Part shown: in pieces, positions 47,363 to 56,432 of the stretch
How positions within the stretch are numbered: the stretch's first letter is position 1
Layout of the letters: the number at the start of each line of letters is the position of its first letter
Origin: Candidatus Pacearchaeota archaeon
GTDB lineage: Archaea; Nanobdellota; Nanobdellia; Pacearchaeales; GW2011-AR1
Length of the DNA stretch: 64,000 bases
Direction of reading: 5' to 3'
NCBI GenBank assembly: GCA_016181895.1
Contig: JACOYL010000008.1
Coordinates: 8,192-72,191 of the forward strand
Notes under the pieces: generated by a model
Told to the model about the DNA's origin: nothing
Database searches by the model: none
What the model saw: the letters and a program-made list of their open reading frames with translations, nothing else
Translations under genes and position numbers: made by a program

Positions 47363-47911
47363 TCAATTAGGATTTTTTAAGCCGTCTGTTATCATAGCCG
47401 TTTTCTTCAAGAATTTAAAGAATTCTTGATAGTCTCCATTTTCATCGGGAGAACTTGGAAGATTTTTTTTAAATCTGTCCGGATTAAAAGGACCTTGTGT
47501 AACAAACCAAATTGCGGAATCCTTTTCAAGTGAAACAACTGTATAATAAGTCTCTGCGGGAAGGAACATATAAGGCGATTCACGAGTTAGAATTTGTCCT
47601 TTTCCAACGTTTGCAGATTCATCAAGAACAAGAGAGCACAATTTTCCAGAATACCAAATTATATGTTCATCGCTGTAACGGAAGTGAGGTCTTATGTAAC
47701 TATCAGGCTGAATAACATTTAAACCAAGTTGAGGCCCGAAATAAGAATCTTCTTGAAAATTTTTTGCGGACCTTTTTCTTTTAGTGTTTTTAGAAGTCTC
47801 AAATAATTCCGTTAGTTCTTTTTTAGGAAGACTGAAAAGTGTCATATCCAAAAGAAAAAAATTGTATTTAAAAGAATTTATATTGTTGTAGATATAATAT
47901 ATATTATCCAA
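47363..47911 (-). CDS. cupin-like hypothetical protein
   Basis: IRPHFRYSDEHIIWYSG and MFLPAETYYTVV segments suggest a two-motif cupin. The N-terminal 22 aa of the track ORF are probably not translated. Confidence 0.35.
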   Translation of the reverse strand: MDNIYYIYNNINSFKYNFFLLDMTLFSLPKKELTELFETSKNTKRKRSAKNFQEDSYFGPQLGLNVIQPDSYIRPHFRYSDEHIIWYSGKLCSLVLDESANVGKGQILTRESPYMFLPAETYYTVVSLEKDSAIWFVTQGPFNPDRFKKNLPSSPDENGDYQEFFKFLKKTAMITDGLKNPN

Positions 47912-47951
47912 ATATAATAATGCTTAAAAAAGAAATCACGATAGAGTTTTT

Positions 47952-48482
47952 ATGGAACCTCAAAAACCAACGAAAAGAGATTATTCAGTTGGAATAATTC
48001 TAAGTCCCAGTAATGGTGTTCTGTTGCAAAAAAAAGGCGAAGGTTATCCTTGGAAAAACAGTGAAACTTGGTGGAGTGGAGGAAAGGGGCCTGGTCAGGG
48101 TTCATGGATTCCTTCTTCAAGTGGGGCATATTATTTCGGTCTTTTTGGTGGAGGAATGAAAGATGGGGAAACCTCAGAGCAAACATTTGCAAGAGAGAAA
48201 AGAGAAGAGGGATTGGAACTGTTATCTGGAAAAGCCAAAGATTTTTTGAGCCAGGAATTTGCAGAAAGAACCTCTGTAAGAATGAGAGAAGGCACATTAA
48301 ATTATTTTGTTGTGAGATTTGATGGAAACATAAAAAATTTCAGGGATAAAGAAGCTGCAGGACTTGTACTTGCTTGTGAAGAAGAAGTTCGCGGTTATTT
48401 TGGCGGGATGATATTCAAGCCAAATCTTGATGCAATACTTACCCTTTATGATAGTTTGAAAGAAGGAATTTTCCAAGTTTGA
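47952..48482 (+). CDS. divergent NUDIX-like hydrolase with Gly/Ser/Trp-rich insertion
   Basis: FGGGMKDGETSEQTFAREKREEGLEL approximates the Nudix box GX5EX7REUXEEXGU. The local GC is unusually high. Confidence 0.45.
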   Translation: MEPQKPTKRDYSVGIILSPSNGVLLQKKGEGYPWKNSETWWSGGKGPGQGSWIPSSSGAYYFGLFGGGMKDGETSEQTFAREKREEGLELLSGKAKDFLSQEFAERTSVRMREGTLNYFVVRFDGNIKNFRDKEAAGLVLACEEEVRGYFGGMIFKPNLDAILTLYDSLKEGIFQV

Positions 48483-48483
48483 A

Positions 48484-49164
48484 ATGTCCGAAAGAAAAGT
48501 TTTTTTATTTGATATTGATGGGACTCTTATTTCAAGTCCTGAATTCTTGAAAGATTATTCAACCCAATTGAGAGAAGAACTTTCAAGTTATTTTGCGAGG
48601 CCGTTGGAGGTTGATTTTTCAGGATTGCACGGAAATACTGAAAGAAAAAATCTCAGAATAATTCTTGAAAGGCAGGGAATAAATCCTTCCGAAAATCAAT
48701 TTGATGAATTTTTTAAAGAATTTGGAGATAATTATCTTGTTTCCAGCAAAAATTTAATTTTACTCCCGTGGGTTTCAGAAACAATAAAAGAACTGTCAGA
48801 CAGACATTTGCTTGGATTGGTAACAGGAAATCAGGAAATTGTGGCAAGAAAAAGATTGGAATCGGTAAGATTAAATAAATATTTTCCTTTTGGAAGTTTT
48901 GGCAATGAAGATTATGAAAGGTCAAATTTGGTAAGAAATGCTTTGAACAGAGCAAGAGAATACGGATGGGAAAGGAATAAATCAAATGTTTATCTCGTGG
49001 GGGATACTACGAAAGATGTTGAGGCTGGAAAGATTGAAGGTGTTATAACCGTTGCCGTAGCGACCGGTTCCGCTTCAAAAGATGAATTAAGCGGTTTAAA
49101 TCCAGATTATATTATCAGCAATTTATCAGAAATTAGACAGGTATTATATTCTTCTATTACATAA
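48484..49164 (+). CDS. HAD-superfamily hydrolase (phosphatase)
   Basis: Motif I FLFDIDGTLI, motif III K, and motif IV GDTTKDVEAG. Confidence 0.7.
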   Translation: MSERKVFLFDIDGTLISSPEFLKDYSTQLREELSSYFARPLEVDFSGLHGNTERKNLRIILERQGINPSENQFDEFFKEFGDNYLVSSKNLILLPWVSETIKELSDRHLLGLVTGNQEIVARKRLESVRLNKYFPFGSFGNEDYERSNLVRNALNRAREYGWERNKSNVYLVGDTTKDVEAGKIEGVITVAVATGSASKDELSGLNPDYIISNLSEIRQVLYSSIT

Positions 49165-49195
49165 TGTTTAAAAATTATTTTTGGGTTTCAAAAAC

Positions 49196-49327
49196 ATGAT
49201 CCCAGTATGCAAGCCATGGCTTCCTGGAAACGAAAGAAAATACGTTATTGATGCTCTCGATACAAACTGGATAAGCAGTTCTGGAGAGTATATCACAAGA
49301 TTTGAGGAGAGTTTAATTAAAATATAA
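49196..49327 (+). pseudogene. duplicated 5' fragment (first 38 codons) of the DegT aminotransferase gene at 50262
   Basis: nt 49217-49310 are identical to 50283-50376. The preceding 21 nt differ only at synonymous positions. The reading frame ends after 43 codons (…RFEESLIKI). Confidence 0.6.
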
Positions 49328-49390
49328 TCTAAAAAGATAAGATTAATAAAATCAAAAGTATCATTTAATGAAAATAATTTATAAATCAAT

Positions 49391-50260
49391 ATGAATAAAA
49401 AAAAAATAATTAAGGCAATACTCCCGAGTGGTATACTGAAAATTTATAGAGATTTCAAATTATTTGATTTTAAAATCAAGATGATAGAAGAACAAATTAA
49501 AAACAACTGGCTTCTAGACAGAATTCCTGAAATTGATAATCAGAAAGAAATGATGCGAAGGAAAGAATTCAAAATATACTCACAGACAGGAGAAGACGGT
49601 ATAATTGATTACATTTTTAAAAAAATCGGTGTCATCAATAAAACTTTTATTGAAATAGGTATAGAAGAAGGAAAAGAATGTAATACTGCAAATTTATCTC
49701 TTAATTTTGGATGGAAAGGTGTTTTAATAGAAGCAAATCCTGATTATGTAAAAAAGGCTAAAGAATATTACAAAAACAAGCCAGTTAAAGTGGTTCAGTC
49801 CTTTGTTACTGCTGAAAATATAAATGATACTATAAAAAACAGCAATATCAAAGGAGAGATAGATCTGCTTTCAATTGATATCGATGGCAACGATTATTGG
49901 GTATGGAATGTTATCAATGTTATAAAGCCAAGGGTAGTTATTATAGAATACAATTCAATACTTGGAAAAGATCCGATTACGATAAAATATAAGCCTCAAT
50001 TTGAAAGATTTAAAGAACATATAAATGGTTTTTACTATGGGGCGTCTTTATCTGCATTAAATAAATTAGGAGAATCAAAAGGTTATATTTTAGTTGGTTG
50101 TAATAGTTATGGTTTCAATGCTTTTTTTGTAAGGAAGGAAGAAGCGCAAAATATTTTTCACAAACTTTCTCCAGAAGAAGCAGATTATTTACCAGATGGA
50201 GAGAAAATAACAAAAAAAAGTTTTGAAAAGATTAAACATATGGAATTCGAAAGAGTATAA
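49391..50260 (+). CDS. FkbM-family-like methyltransferase (tentative)
   Basis: FIEIGIEEGKECNTANL and IDLLSIDIDGNDYWVW resemble the FkbM-family motifs (MFDVGAN... / vDlLKiDvEGaE). The gene sits exactly between the two DegT 5' copies. Confidence 0.45.
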   Translation: MNKKKIIKAILPSGILKIYRDFKLFDFKIKMIEEQIKNNWLLDRIPEIDNQKEMMRRKEFKIYSQTGEDGIIDYIFKKIGVINKTFIEIGIEEGKECNTANLSLNFGWKGVLIEANPDYVKKAKEYYKNKPVKVVQSFVTAENINDTIKNSNIKGEIDLLSIDIDGNDYWVWNVINVIKPRVVIIEYNSILGKDPITIKYKPQFERFKEHINGFYYGASLSALNKLGESKGYILVGCNSYGFNAFFVRKEEAQNIFHKLSPEEADYLPDGEKITKKSFEKIKHMEFERV

Positions 50261-50261
50261 G

Positions 50262-51377
50262 ATGATTCCCGTATGCAAACCTTGGCTTCCTGGAAACGAA
50301 AGAAAATACGTTATTGATGCTCTCGATACAAACTGGATAAGCAGTTCTGGAGAGTATATCACAAGATTTGAGGAAAATTTTTCTAAATTTTGTGGGGTAA
50401 AATACGGAATAGGTTGTTCTTCTGGATTTGGTGCTTTGCATTTAGCATGTGCTGCACTTGAACTAAAAAAAAGTGATGAAGTAATAGCGCCAACATTTAC
50501 TATGGCTGCTTCCATAAATTCAATAATAATAACAGGTGCAAAACCAGTTTTAGTTGATGCAGACCCTGAAACATACTGCATAGATGTAAAAAAAATTGAA
50601 GAAAGGATAACTAACAGAACAAAAGCCATAATGGCCGTACATATCTACGGACATCCTTGCGATATGGACAAAATAAATTATCTGGCAAAAAAATATAATT
50701 TATTTGTAATCGAGGATGCCGCAGAATCTCATGGGGCAGAATACAAAGGAAGAAAATGTGGCTCAATATCAGACATAGGATGTTTCAGTTTTTATGCGAA
50801 CAAAATCTTGACAACTGGAGAAGGAGGAATGTGTGTCACAAATAATTTGAAATTTGCAGAAAGAATGAAAAGATTAAGAAATCATGCTTTTGATTTGCCA
50901 AGGTTCATTCATAAAGAAGTAGGTTTTAACTACAGGCTTACAAATATTCAAGCTGCTATAGGGACTGCACAAGTTGAAAATGCAGACATGCTTGTTGAAG
51001 CGAGAAGGAATGTTGGATTAAAATACAACGAAAAATTAAAGGATTTTAAAAAAATAATATTGCCGAAAGAAAAAGATTATGCAAAAAATGTTTACTGGAT
51101 GTATGGGATAGTCTTGTCAGATGAAGTGAAATTGTCAAGGGAAGAGATAATGCAAAGATTAAAAGAAAAAGGTGTTGATACAAGAAATTTTTTTATTCCA
51201 ATGCACAAGCAACCAGCATATTACAATAAGACTGTTGAAAATGTTCCCGATTGCAAATGGGACTTTCCAATTGCAAACAAAATAGGAGAAAGGGGTTTTT
51301 ATCTCCCAAGTTCAAGTGACATCACAGACAAAGAAATTGATGAAGTTTGTATGGTATTAAAAAAGGTTCTTGAATGA
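50262..51377 (+). CDS. DegT/DnrJ/EryC1/StrS-family PLP-dependent sugar aminotransferase (perosamine-synthetase/ArnB-like)
   Basis: MIPVCKPWLPGNE start, and FSFYANKILTTGEGGM with the PLP lysine. Start set at the Met that aligns with the duplicated fragment. Confidence 0.85.
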   Translation: MIPVCKPWLPGNERKYVIDALDTNWISSSGEYITRFEENFSKFCGVKYGIGCSSGFGALHLACAALELKKSDEVIAPTFTMAASINSIIITGAKPVLVDADPETYCIDVKKIEERITNRTKAIMAVHIYGHPCDMDKINYLAKKYNLFVIEDAAESHGAEYKGRKCGSISDIGCFSFYANKILTTGEGGMCVTNNLKFAERMKRLRNHAFDLPRFIHKEVGFNYRLTNIQAAIGTAQVENADMLVEARRNVGLKYNEKLKDFKKIILPKEKDYAKNVYWMYGIVLSDEVKLSREEIMQRLKEKGVDTRNFFIPMHKQPAYYNKTVENVPDCKWDFPIANKIGERGFYLPSSSDITDKEIDEVCMVLKKVLE

Positions 51378-51380
51378 AGA

Positions 51381-52958
51381 TTATTTTTTAGAAAGAATGT
51401 CATTTTTTATTTTTCTTTTAATGGTCCGAAAAATCATGACATCTTCTTCATCAAATGCTTTAAATAAAAATAATAGAAATAAGTAGATAAGTAAAAATAA
51501 TATGGTCAAGAGAATAAATGAAAGAAGATTAATAAAAATTAATTTTGATAAAATTAATAATATAAAGAACGGGATTAAAGAAGCCAAAAAAATCTTAAAC
51601 ATACTTAATTTTAAAGGAGTTATCGAAGTATAATGCTTTGCTTGTATAAAAAAGAGGATATTACATGTTATTACTGAAGTCATTGTTGCAATTGCTGCAC
51701 CGTTTATACCTAAAGAATTATCTAATCCAAATATTATTGGTTTGGGAATTAATAAAATATTAAGTGTCATATCAAGTACAGTTACTATTATAACATCATA
51801 AAGGATAATTCTAGATTTCCCAACCATAGAAATTAAATTATTAGATATTACAAATACAGAAGCAAAAAGTGCTCCAATGACTAGAAATCTCAATGAGTTT
51901 GCTGCAACTAAATATTGCGGACCAAAAAGAATGTTAATTATTATTTCTGGGAATAAAATAACTAAAAGGAAAAATGGAAAATTAAACATAAAAATCCATT
52001 TGCCGATTTGTTTTGAAATTTCTTTTATAAGATTAAAATTTTTTAATGAGTATTCTTTGGTTATTAATGGGAAAAATAATTGCAAGAAAATTGCAGGGAT
52101 AATATTTAATAATAATGCTATTGGGGTAATTGCATTGTAAAATCCTACTTCTGTTACTGATTTAAAAAAACCTATTACAAATGAATCAGTCCAATAATAA
52201 AATATTGAAAATATCCCAAAAAAAAGGAATGGCCAGGAATAGGATATAAAATCTTTTGTAATTTTCTTTTTGGTTTTTATATTTAAATTATATTTTAAAA
52301 AGATTTTTGGGATTTTGAATTTACAATAAAAAAATGTGGATAAGGATATAACCAAAAATCCAAACATAAACGAAAGAATAACTGCATTATTATTAAAACC
52401 AAAAAGAATTATTAAAAGGATTAATGATACTACTTTTAAAAAAGGATTAATGATACTGTCAATAATTGATATTTCTTTAATTTTTTCGAATGCTCTCATT
52501 ATTGACAAAAAAAATGAGGCAAAAACCCAAAAAGGGATTACGAAAATAAAAAGTTTTAGGAAAATAATCAAATCTGGATTGCGAAAAATTGATATGGCTA
52601 TAAAATCAGAAGATAAAAAAAATATCAATGTTATTATTAATGTTGAAAAAAATAAAATTTCAGAAGAAAATTTGAATAGATATCTCATCTTGTTTATCTC
52701 ATTTTTTCCACGATAAAAAGAGAAATATCTAATTATTCCTTCATCAAAACCTAATAATGAAAATAAAACAAATCCTCCAATAATTGCTGTTGAAAGCGAA
52801 AACAAACCATAAACCTCAGGCCCAAAATATCTTGCAATAATTATTCTGTATAAATAACCAAAAATTTTAGATAAGAAAAAGGCTATTAAAACAATTACAG
52901 AAGATTTTACTAATAATTTCAGTCCTTCATCTATTTTCTTACTATTCTTACTTTTCAT
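51381..52958 (-). CDS. polysaccharide biosynthesis protein (Wzx/RfbX-like MOP-superfamily flippase)
   Basis: 525 aa with about 14 predicted TM helices and an N-terminal LLVKSSVIVLIAFFLSKIFGYLYRIIIARYFGPEVYGLFS typical of PF01943/PF13440. Confidence 0.7.
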   Translation of the reverse strand: MKSKNSKKIDEGLKLLVKSSVIVLIAFFLSKIFGYLYRIIIARYFGPEVYGLFSLSTAIIGGFVLFSLLGFDEGIIRYFSFYRGKNEINKMRYLFKFSSEILFFSTLIITLIFFLSSDFIAISIFRNPDLIIFLKLFIFVIPFWVFASFFLSIMRAFEKIKEISIIDSIINPFLKVVSLILLIILFGFNNNAVILSFMFGFLVISLSTFFYCKFKIPKIFLKYNLNIKTKKKITKDFISYSWPFLFFGIFSIFYYWTDSFVIGFFKSVTEVGFYNAITPIALLLNIIPAIFLQLFFPLITKEYSLKNFNLIKEISKQIGKWIFMFNFPFFLLVILFPEIIINILFGPQYLVAANSLRFLVIGALFASVFVISNNLISMVGKSRIILYDVIIVTVLDMTLNILLIPKPIIFGLDNSLGINGAAIATMTSVITCNILFFIQAKHYTSITPLKLSMFKIFLASLIPFFILLILSKLIFINLLSFILLTILFLLIYLFLLFLFKAFDEEDVMIFRTIKRKIKNDILSKK

Positions 52959-52999
52959 ACTTTTAAAAACAAAAATACATTCTTAAAACTAATGAAATC

Positions 53000-53992
53000 T
53001 TAGATTTTTCCGTAACCTGCCGGATGATTCTTGTGCCATTTCCAAGAGGTTTCCATTATTGTTTTCAAATCGCTGTATCTTGGCTCCCATCCGAGTTCTT
53101 TTTTGATTTTTCCAACATGCGCCACAAGTTCCGCAGGGTCGCCGAAACGCCTTGAACCAATAATTGTCGGAATTTCATTCCCTGTTATTTTCCTGGCCGT
53201 TTCAACAATCTCTTTTACACTATATCCTTTTCCCGTTCCGACATTGAAAACATTGCTTTTTCCCTCTGAAAGCAATCGCTCCATTGCAAGAATGTGGACC
53301 TGTGACAAATCCTTTACATGAATGTAATCCCTTATTGTAGTCCCATCTTTTGTTTGATAATCTGTTCCATAAATTGAAATGTGCTGTCTTTTTCCCAATG
53401 CCGTATTGAAAACTATCGGAATCAAATGGGTTTCAGGATTGTGGGCTTCGCCGATTTCCCCGCTTGAATCCGCGCCGGCGGCGTTAAAATAGCGAAGAGA
53501 AACAGATTTTATTCCGTAAATATTATCAAAGAATTTCAGCATTCTTTCGGCGATTGCTTTTGTTTCCCCATAAACATTGTTCGTGTCATTTACATGCGTC
53601 TCTGAAACAGGGATTTCCTTCGGCTGTCCGTAAACAGATGCGGAAGAAGAATAAACAATTGTTTTCACGTTGTGATTATGCATTGCTTTCAACAAATTCA
53701 GCAATGAAATCACATTATTGAGATAAAATTTCTCTGGATTTCGCATTGATTCCTCTACTTCCAAATGCCCCGAGAAATCAATAACCGCGTCAAACTTGTT
53801 TGAATTAAAAACATGCTCAAGCAATTCCGGATTGTTCAAATCTCCGTTGATAAATTTGACATCTTTTGGCAAAGATTCCTGAAAGCCGCGGCTTAAATTA
53901 TCGTAAACAACAACCTCGTATCCGTTTTTTAACAATTCGCGAACAGCATGGCTTCCGACATATCCCGCTCCTCCTGTAACAAGAATCTTCAT
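53000..53992 (-). CDS. galE: UDP-glucose 4-epimerase
   Basis: MKILVTGGAGYVGSH...VYDNLSRG and YGETKAIAE (YxxxK). Confidence 0.85.
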   Translation of the reverse strand: MKILVTGGAGYVGSHAVRELLKNGYEVVVYDNLSRGFQESLPKDVKFINGDLNNPELLEHVFNSNKFDAVIDFSGHLEVEESMRNPEKFYLNNVISLLNLLKAMHNHNVKTIVYSSSASVYGQPKEIPVSETHVNDTNNVYGETKAIAERMLKFFDNIYGIKSVSLRYFNAAGADSSGEIGEAHNPETHLIPIVFNTALGKRQHISIYGTDYQTKDGTTIRDYIHVKDLSQVHILAMERLLSEGKSNVFNVGTGKGYSVKEIVETARKITGNEIPTIIGSRRFGDPAELVAHVGKIKKELGWEPRYSDLKTIMETSWKWHKNHPAGYGKI

Positions 53993-54045
53993 AACAGGAT
54001 TTAAAGAAAATAGTTTAAAAGAATTGTGAGTTAAAAGACTATAAT

Positions 54046-54684
54046 TTATTCGTAAGAAGTTATTGCTCTGAAAAGAGGCATTCCATTTCCTTTTCCCTTG
54101 GATAAAGCCAAAACACTTAAGGCATTAAAATAAGCATTAATAGTTTCAATGTTAAATTCAGGCAAATATCTCTTTACTGTTTCACGTTCTTTTTGAGTTT
54201 TTACTCTTTGATCAACTTCAGGTCTTATTGATAACTCTACGTTTACAGGGCCTAAAGAGGGAAGAAGTTTATGTCTTTTATATATCTCTAATCCCATATA
54301 AATATCCTCCATTCCTTGCTGCAAATCAAGTTTTTCATTAAAAGCAAAACCTTGCATGGCTGCACTTCTCCATAAAGTACATGTATTTCTTGGAACCAGA
54401 TAAGTCGGTTCTTCTCTGCCTTCAAATAAAGCATAAGAACCGGTATTAAATAATCCTATAACCTCTGAAGTTATTGCCGAACCTTTCAAGATTTGTTGCT
54501 GCATCTCCGATAGCTGCTCAGGAGTCGGATTAACCTCATTTGAAATCATCAATCGGGTTTCATAATCATTTTTTGGCATTGATGCTCTCAACCCGGCATT
54601 GAATGCTTTTGACCACCCATAATCTTCAAGAACAATCGTTTCAATTTTTCCTTCTTTGGTTTGAATTGGAAAAGTTGAACACAA
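54046..54684 (-). CDS. hypothetical protein (non-ATG start)
   Basis: 212-aa ORF with coding-like composition. The track start codon is TTG. The frame stays open about 85 nt further upstream with no ATG. Confidence 0.4.
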   Translation of the reverse strand: MCSTFPIQTKEGKIETIVLEDYGWSKAFNAGLRASMPKNDYETRLMISNEVNPTPEQLSEMQQQILKGSAITSEVIGLFNTGSYALFEGREEPTYLVPRNTCTLWRSAAMQGFAFNEKLDLQQGMEDIYMGLEIYKRHKLLPSLGPVNVELSIRPEVDQRVKTQKERETVKRYLPEFNIETINAYFNALSVLALSKGKGNGMPLFRAITSYE

Positions 54685-54899
54685 AAATTCAGGGGTGTTT
54701 GCACTGTCTTGAGGACCATTAACAACAACGATTATTTTTTTAGTGACAGGATCAATTTTTAGAAATTAAATTTGCAACAGCAGGTGGTTTACTCAAGTCG
54801 TATGGTTTATTATTATACGCTCTTAATATTGCATAGTCTATTTGTTGCATTCTAAAAATTATTCGAGGTTAATCATTTATAAATATTTAGATGGTAAAT

Positions 54900-56432
54900 T
54901 CATTCCTCAATCTTCCCAATCATGTCTGTGAAAGCCGGGCGCGTGATTAAAATCCCTGCCGTTATTCCTATGAGTGTTGTTATTGCAAAACCCTTGAAGA
55001 AACCCGCGGCAGCCCAATACAAGGGAATCATTGCGACAAACGAAGTGAAAAACGCCCCGAGAATAATTGCAAACGCCCTTTTCATTCTTTGTTTTATGCC
55101 GACAATTTTTTCGTTCGCCTCGTCGAGAATAATTATCTGCTGGTCCACGCCTGTTCCGATAGTTGTAAGAATTCCCGCAATGCTCGGCAAATCCAGGTTC
55201 CATTTTATGAAAGACGCTATTCCAAGAATTATTATTATTTCCGAGAGGCCTGTTATCAGAACCGCGAACGATTTTTTTATTTTTCTGTATCTTAAAAGAA
55301 CTATAAAGAAAACGCCGAATGAAGCGGCCAAGCCTGTAATCAATATTGAATTAATGAACTTGTTTCCAAGAGTGGGAGAAAGGGAATCAAGTTTTACAAT
55401 TTCGAGTTTGTAAGGAAGGCTTCCTGTTATAAGAATTGTTTGAAGGCGATTCATTTCCTCCACAGCCTCGTCATAAGCCTGGTTTTGGCTTTCCCCGGTT
55501 GCAGAGCCTGAAATTGAAATCTGCGTCGTTACAACCCCTTTCAAGCCTTCGCTTATCAACAAGCTGTCGACGAGATTTCCGTCCAAAAACAAGTCAAGAT
55601 TTTGCGAGAGATAATTTCCAGAGATCGTGGAGTAATTTGCCTCGAGATTTTTTGTCAATTCGGCGTGTCTTTTTGCGGCATCCTCGCTGAGAAAAATAGT
55701 AAATCTAAAATTGCAAAAATAAGTGCCTGCATTTTGCTGGCAGGATTCTATGACTGCATCCTGTCCGGAACGAGCCACTGATGTTATATCTTTTTCCCCT
55801 CCAACAAATACAGTGTCGTTTCCAATCTTTGCCTCGAATTTTCCCTGCTGCGAAACAAGATTTTCCAAGTCTTCAGGGGTTGCTCCCGCAATCTCAATCC
55901 TTACATAATTATTTCCAGACAAATCAGAAATTGAATTGACTTTTATGTCTTCCAAACCGTAAACGTTCAATCTGTTTTTTATCACTTCCGAGAGTTCCTG
56001 CGCGTCTTCCGAGCCAAGGGAAAAATCCTGCGCCTTTACCAAAGCTCTTGCTCCTCCCACCAAATCCAAGCCGAGTTTTACATTTGTTTTCGGAATATTT
56101 GAAACAGTTATTTCCGGAGCTGTTTTGGAAAACAAGATAATTTCAGAATCTTTTGTCGTGATTTCCGTTTTCACGCTTTGATTTGAGTTTACAGGAAATT
56201 TTCCAGACAGCGCATTTGAATAATCATCGATGTTTTTTATTTCTTTTCCGTCGACGGCAATTATCATTTGCCCCTGTCTCAATCCCTCTGAAAACGCCGT
56301 AGAGTTGGAAGCAACTGATTTTATCAAAACCCCTTCCTCAAAAAGCATCGGCGGGAATCCGAAGATAGACAGCATGGAAAAAACCAGCAGGATTATAAGA
56401 AGCCAGATTTTCCAAGTGAATTTAATGTTCAT
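54900..56432 (-). CDS. secD: protein-export membrane protein SecD
   Basis: N-terminal TM, a large periplasmic-type domain, and a C-terminal 6-TM domain (LITGLAASFGVFFIVLL...). It overlaps secF by 11 nt, as in secDF operons. Confidence 0.8.
   Translation of the reverse strand: MNIKFTWKIWLLIILLVFSMLSIFGFPPMLFEEGVLIKSVASNSTAFSEGLRQGQMIIAVDGKEIKNIDDYSNALSGKFPVNSNQSVKTEITTKDSEIILFSKTAPEITVSNIPKTNVKLGLDLVGGARALVKAQDFSLGSEDAQELSEVIKNRLNVYGLEDIKVNSISDLSGNNYVRIEIAGATPEDLENLVSQQGKFEAKIGNDTVFVGGEKDITSVARSGQDAVIESCQQNAGTYFCNFRFTIFLSEDAAKRHAELTKNLEANYSTISGNYLSQNLDLFLDGNLVDSLLISEGLKGVVTTQISISGSATGESQNQAYDEAVEEMNRLQTILITGSLPYKLEIVKLDSLSPTLGNKFINSILITGLAASFGVFFIVLLRYRKIKKSFAVLITGLSEIIIILGIASFIKWNLDLPSIAGILTTIGTGVDQQIIILDEANEKIVGIKQRMKRAFAIILGAFFTSFVAMIPLYWAAAGFFKGFAITTLIGITAGILITRPAFTDMIGKIEE

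Noticed and set aside
47950-48297. Minus-strand 115-aa ORF antisense to the NUDIX-like gene
   Set aside because: The plus-strand ORF carries a recognisable Nudix-box-like segment. The minus-strand product is low-complexity.
49168-50629. Minus-strand ORFs 49168-49389 and 50189-50629 sharing the peptide SSNLVIYSPELLIQFVSRASITYFLSFPGS
   Set aside because: They are the antisense translation of the duplicated DegT 5' segment. Their similarity is a by-product of the plus-strand duplication, not an independent gene family.
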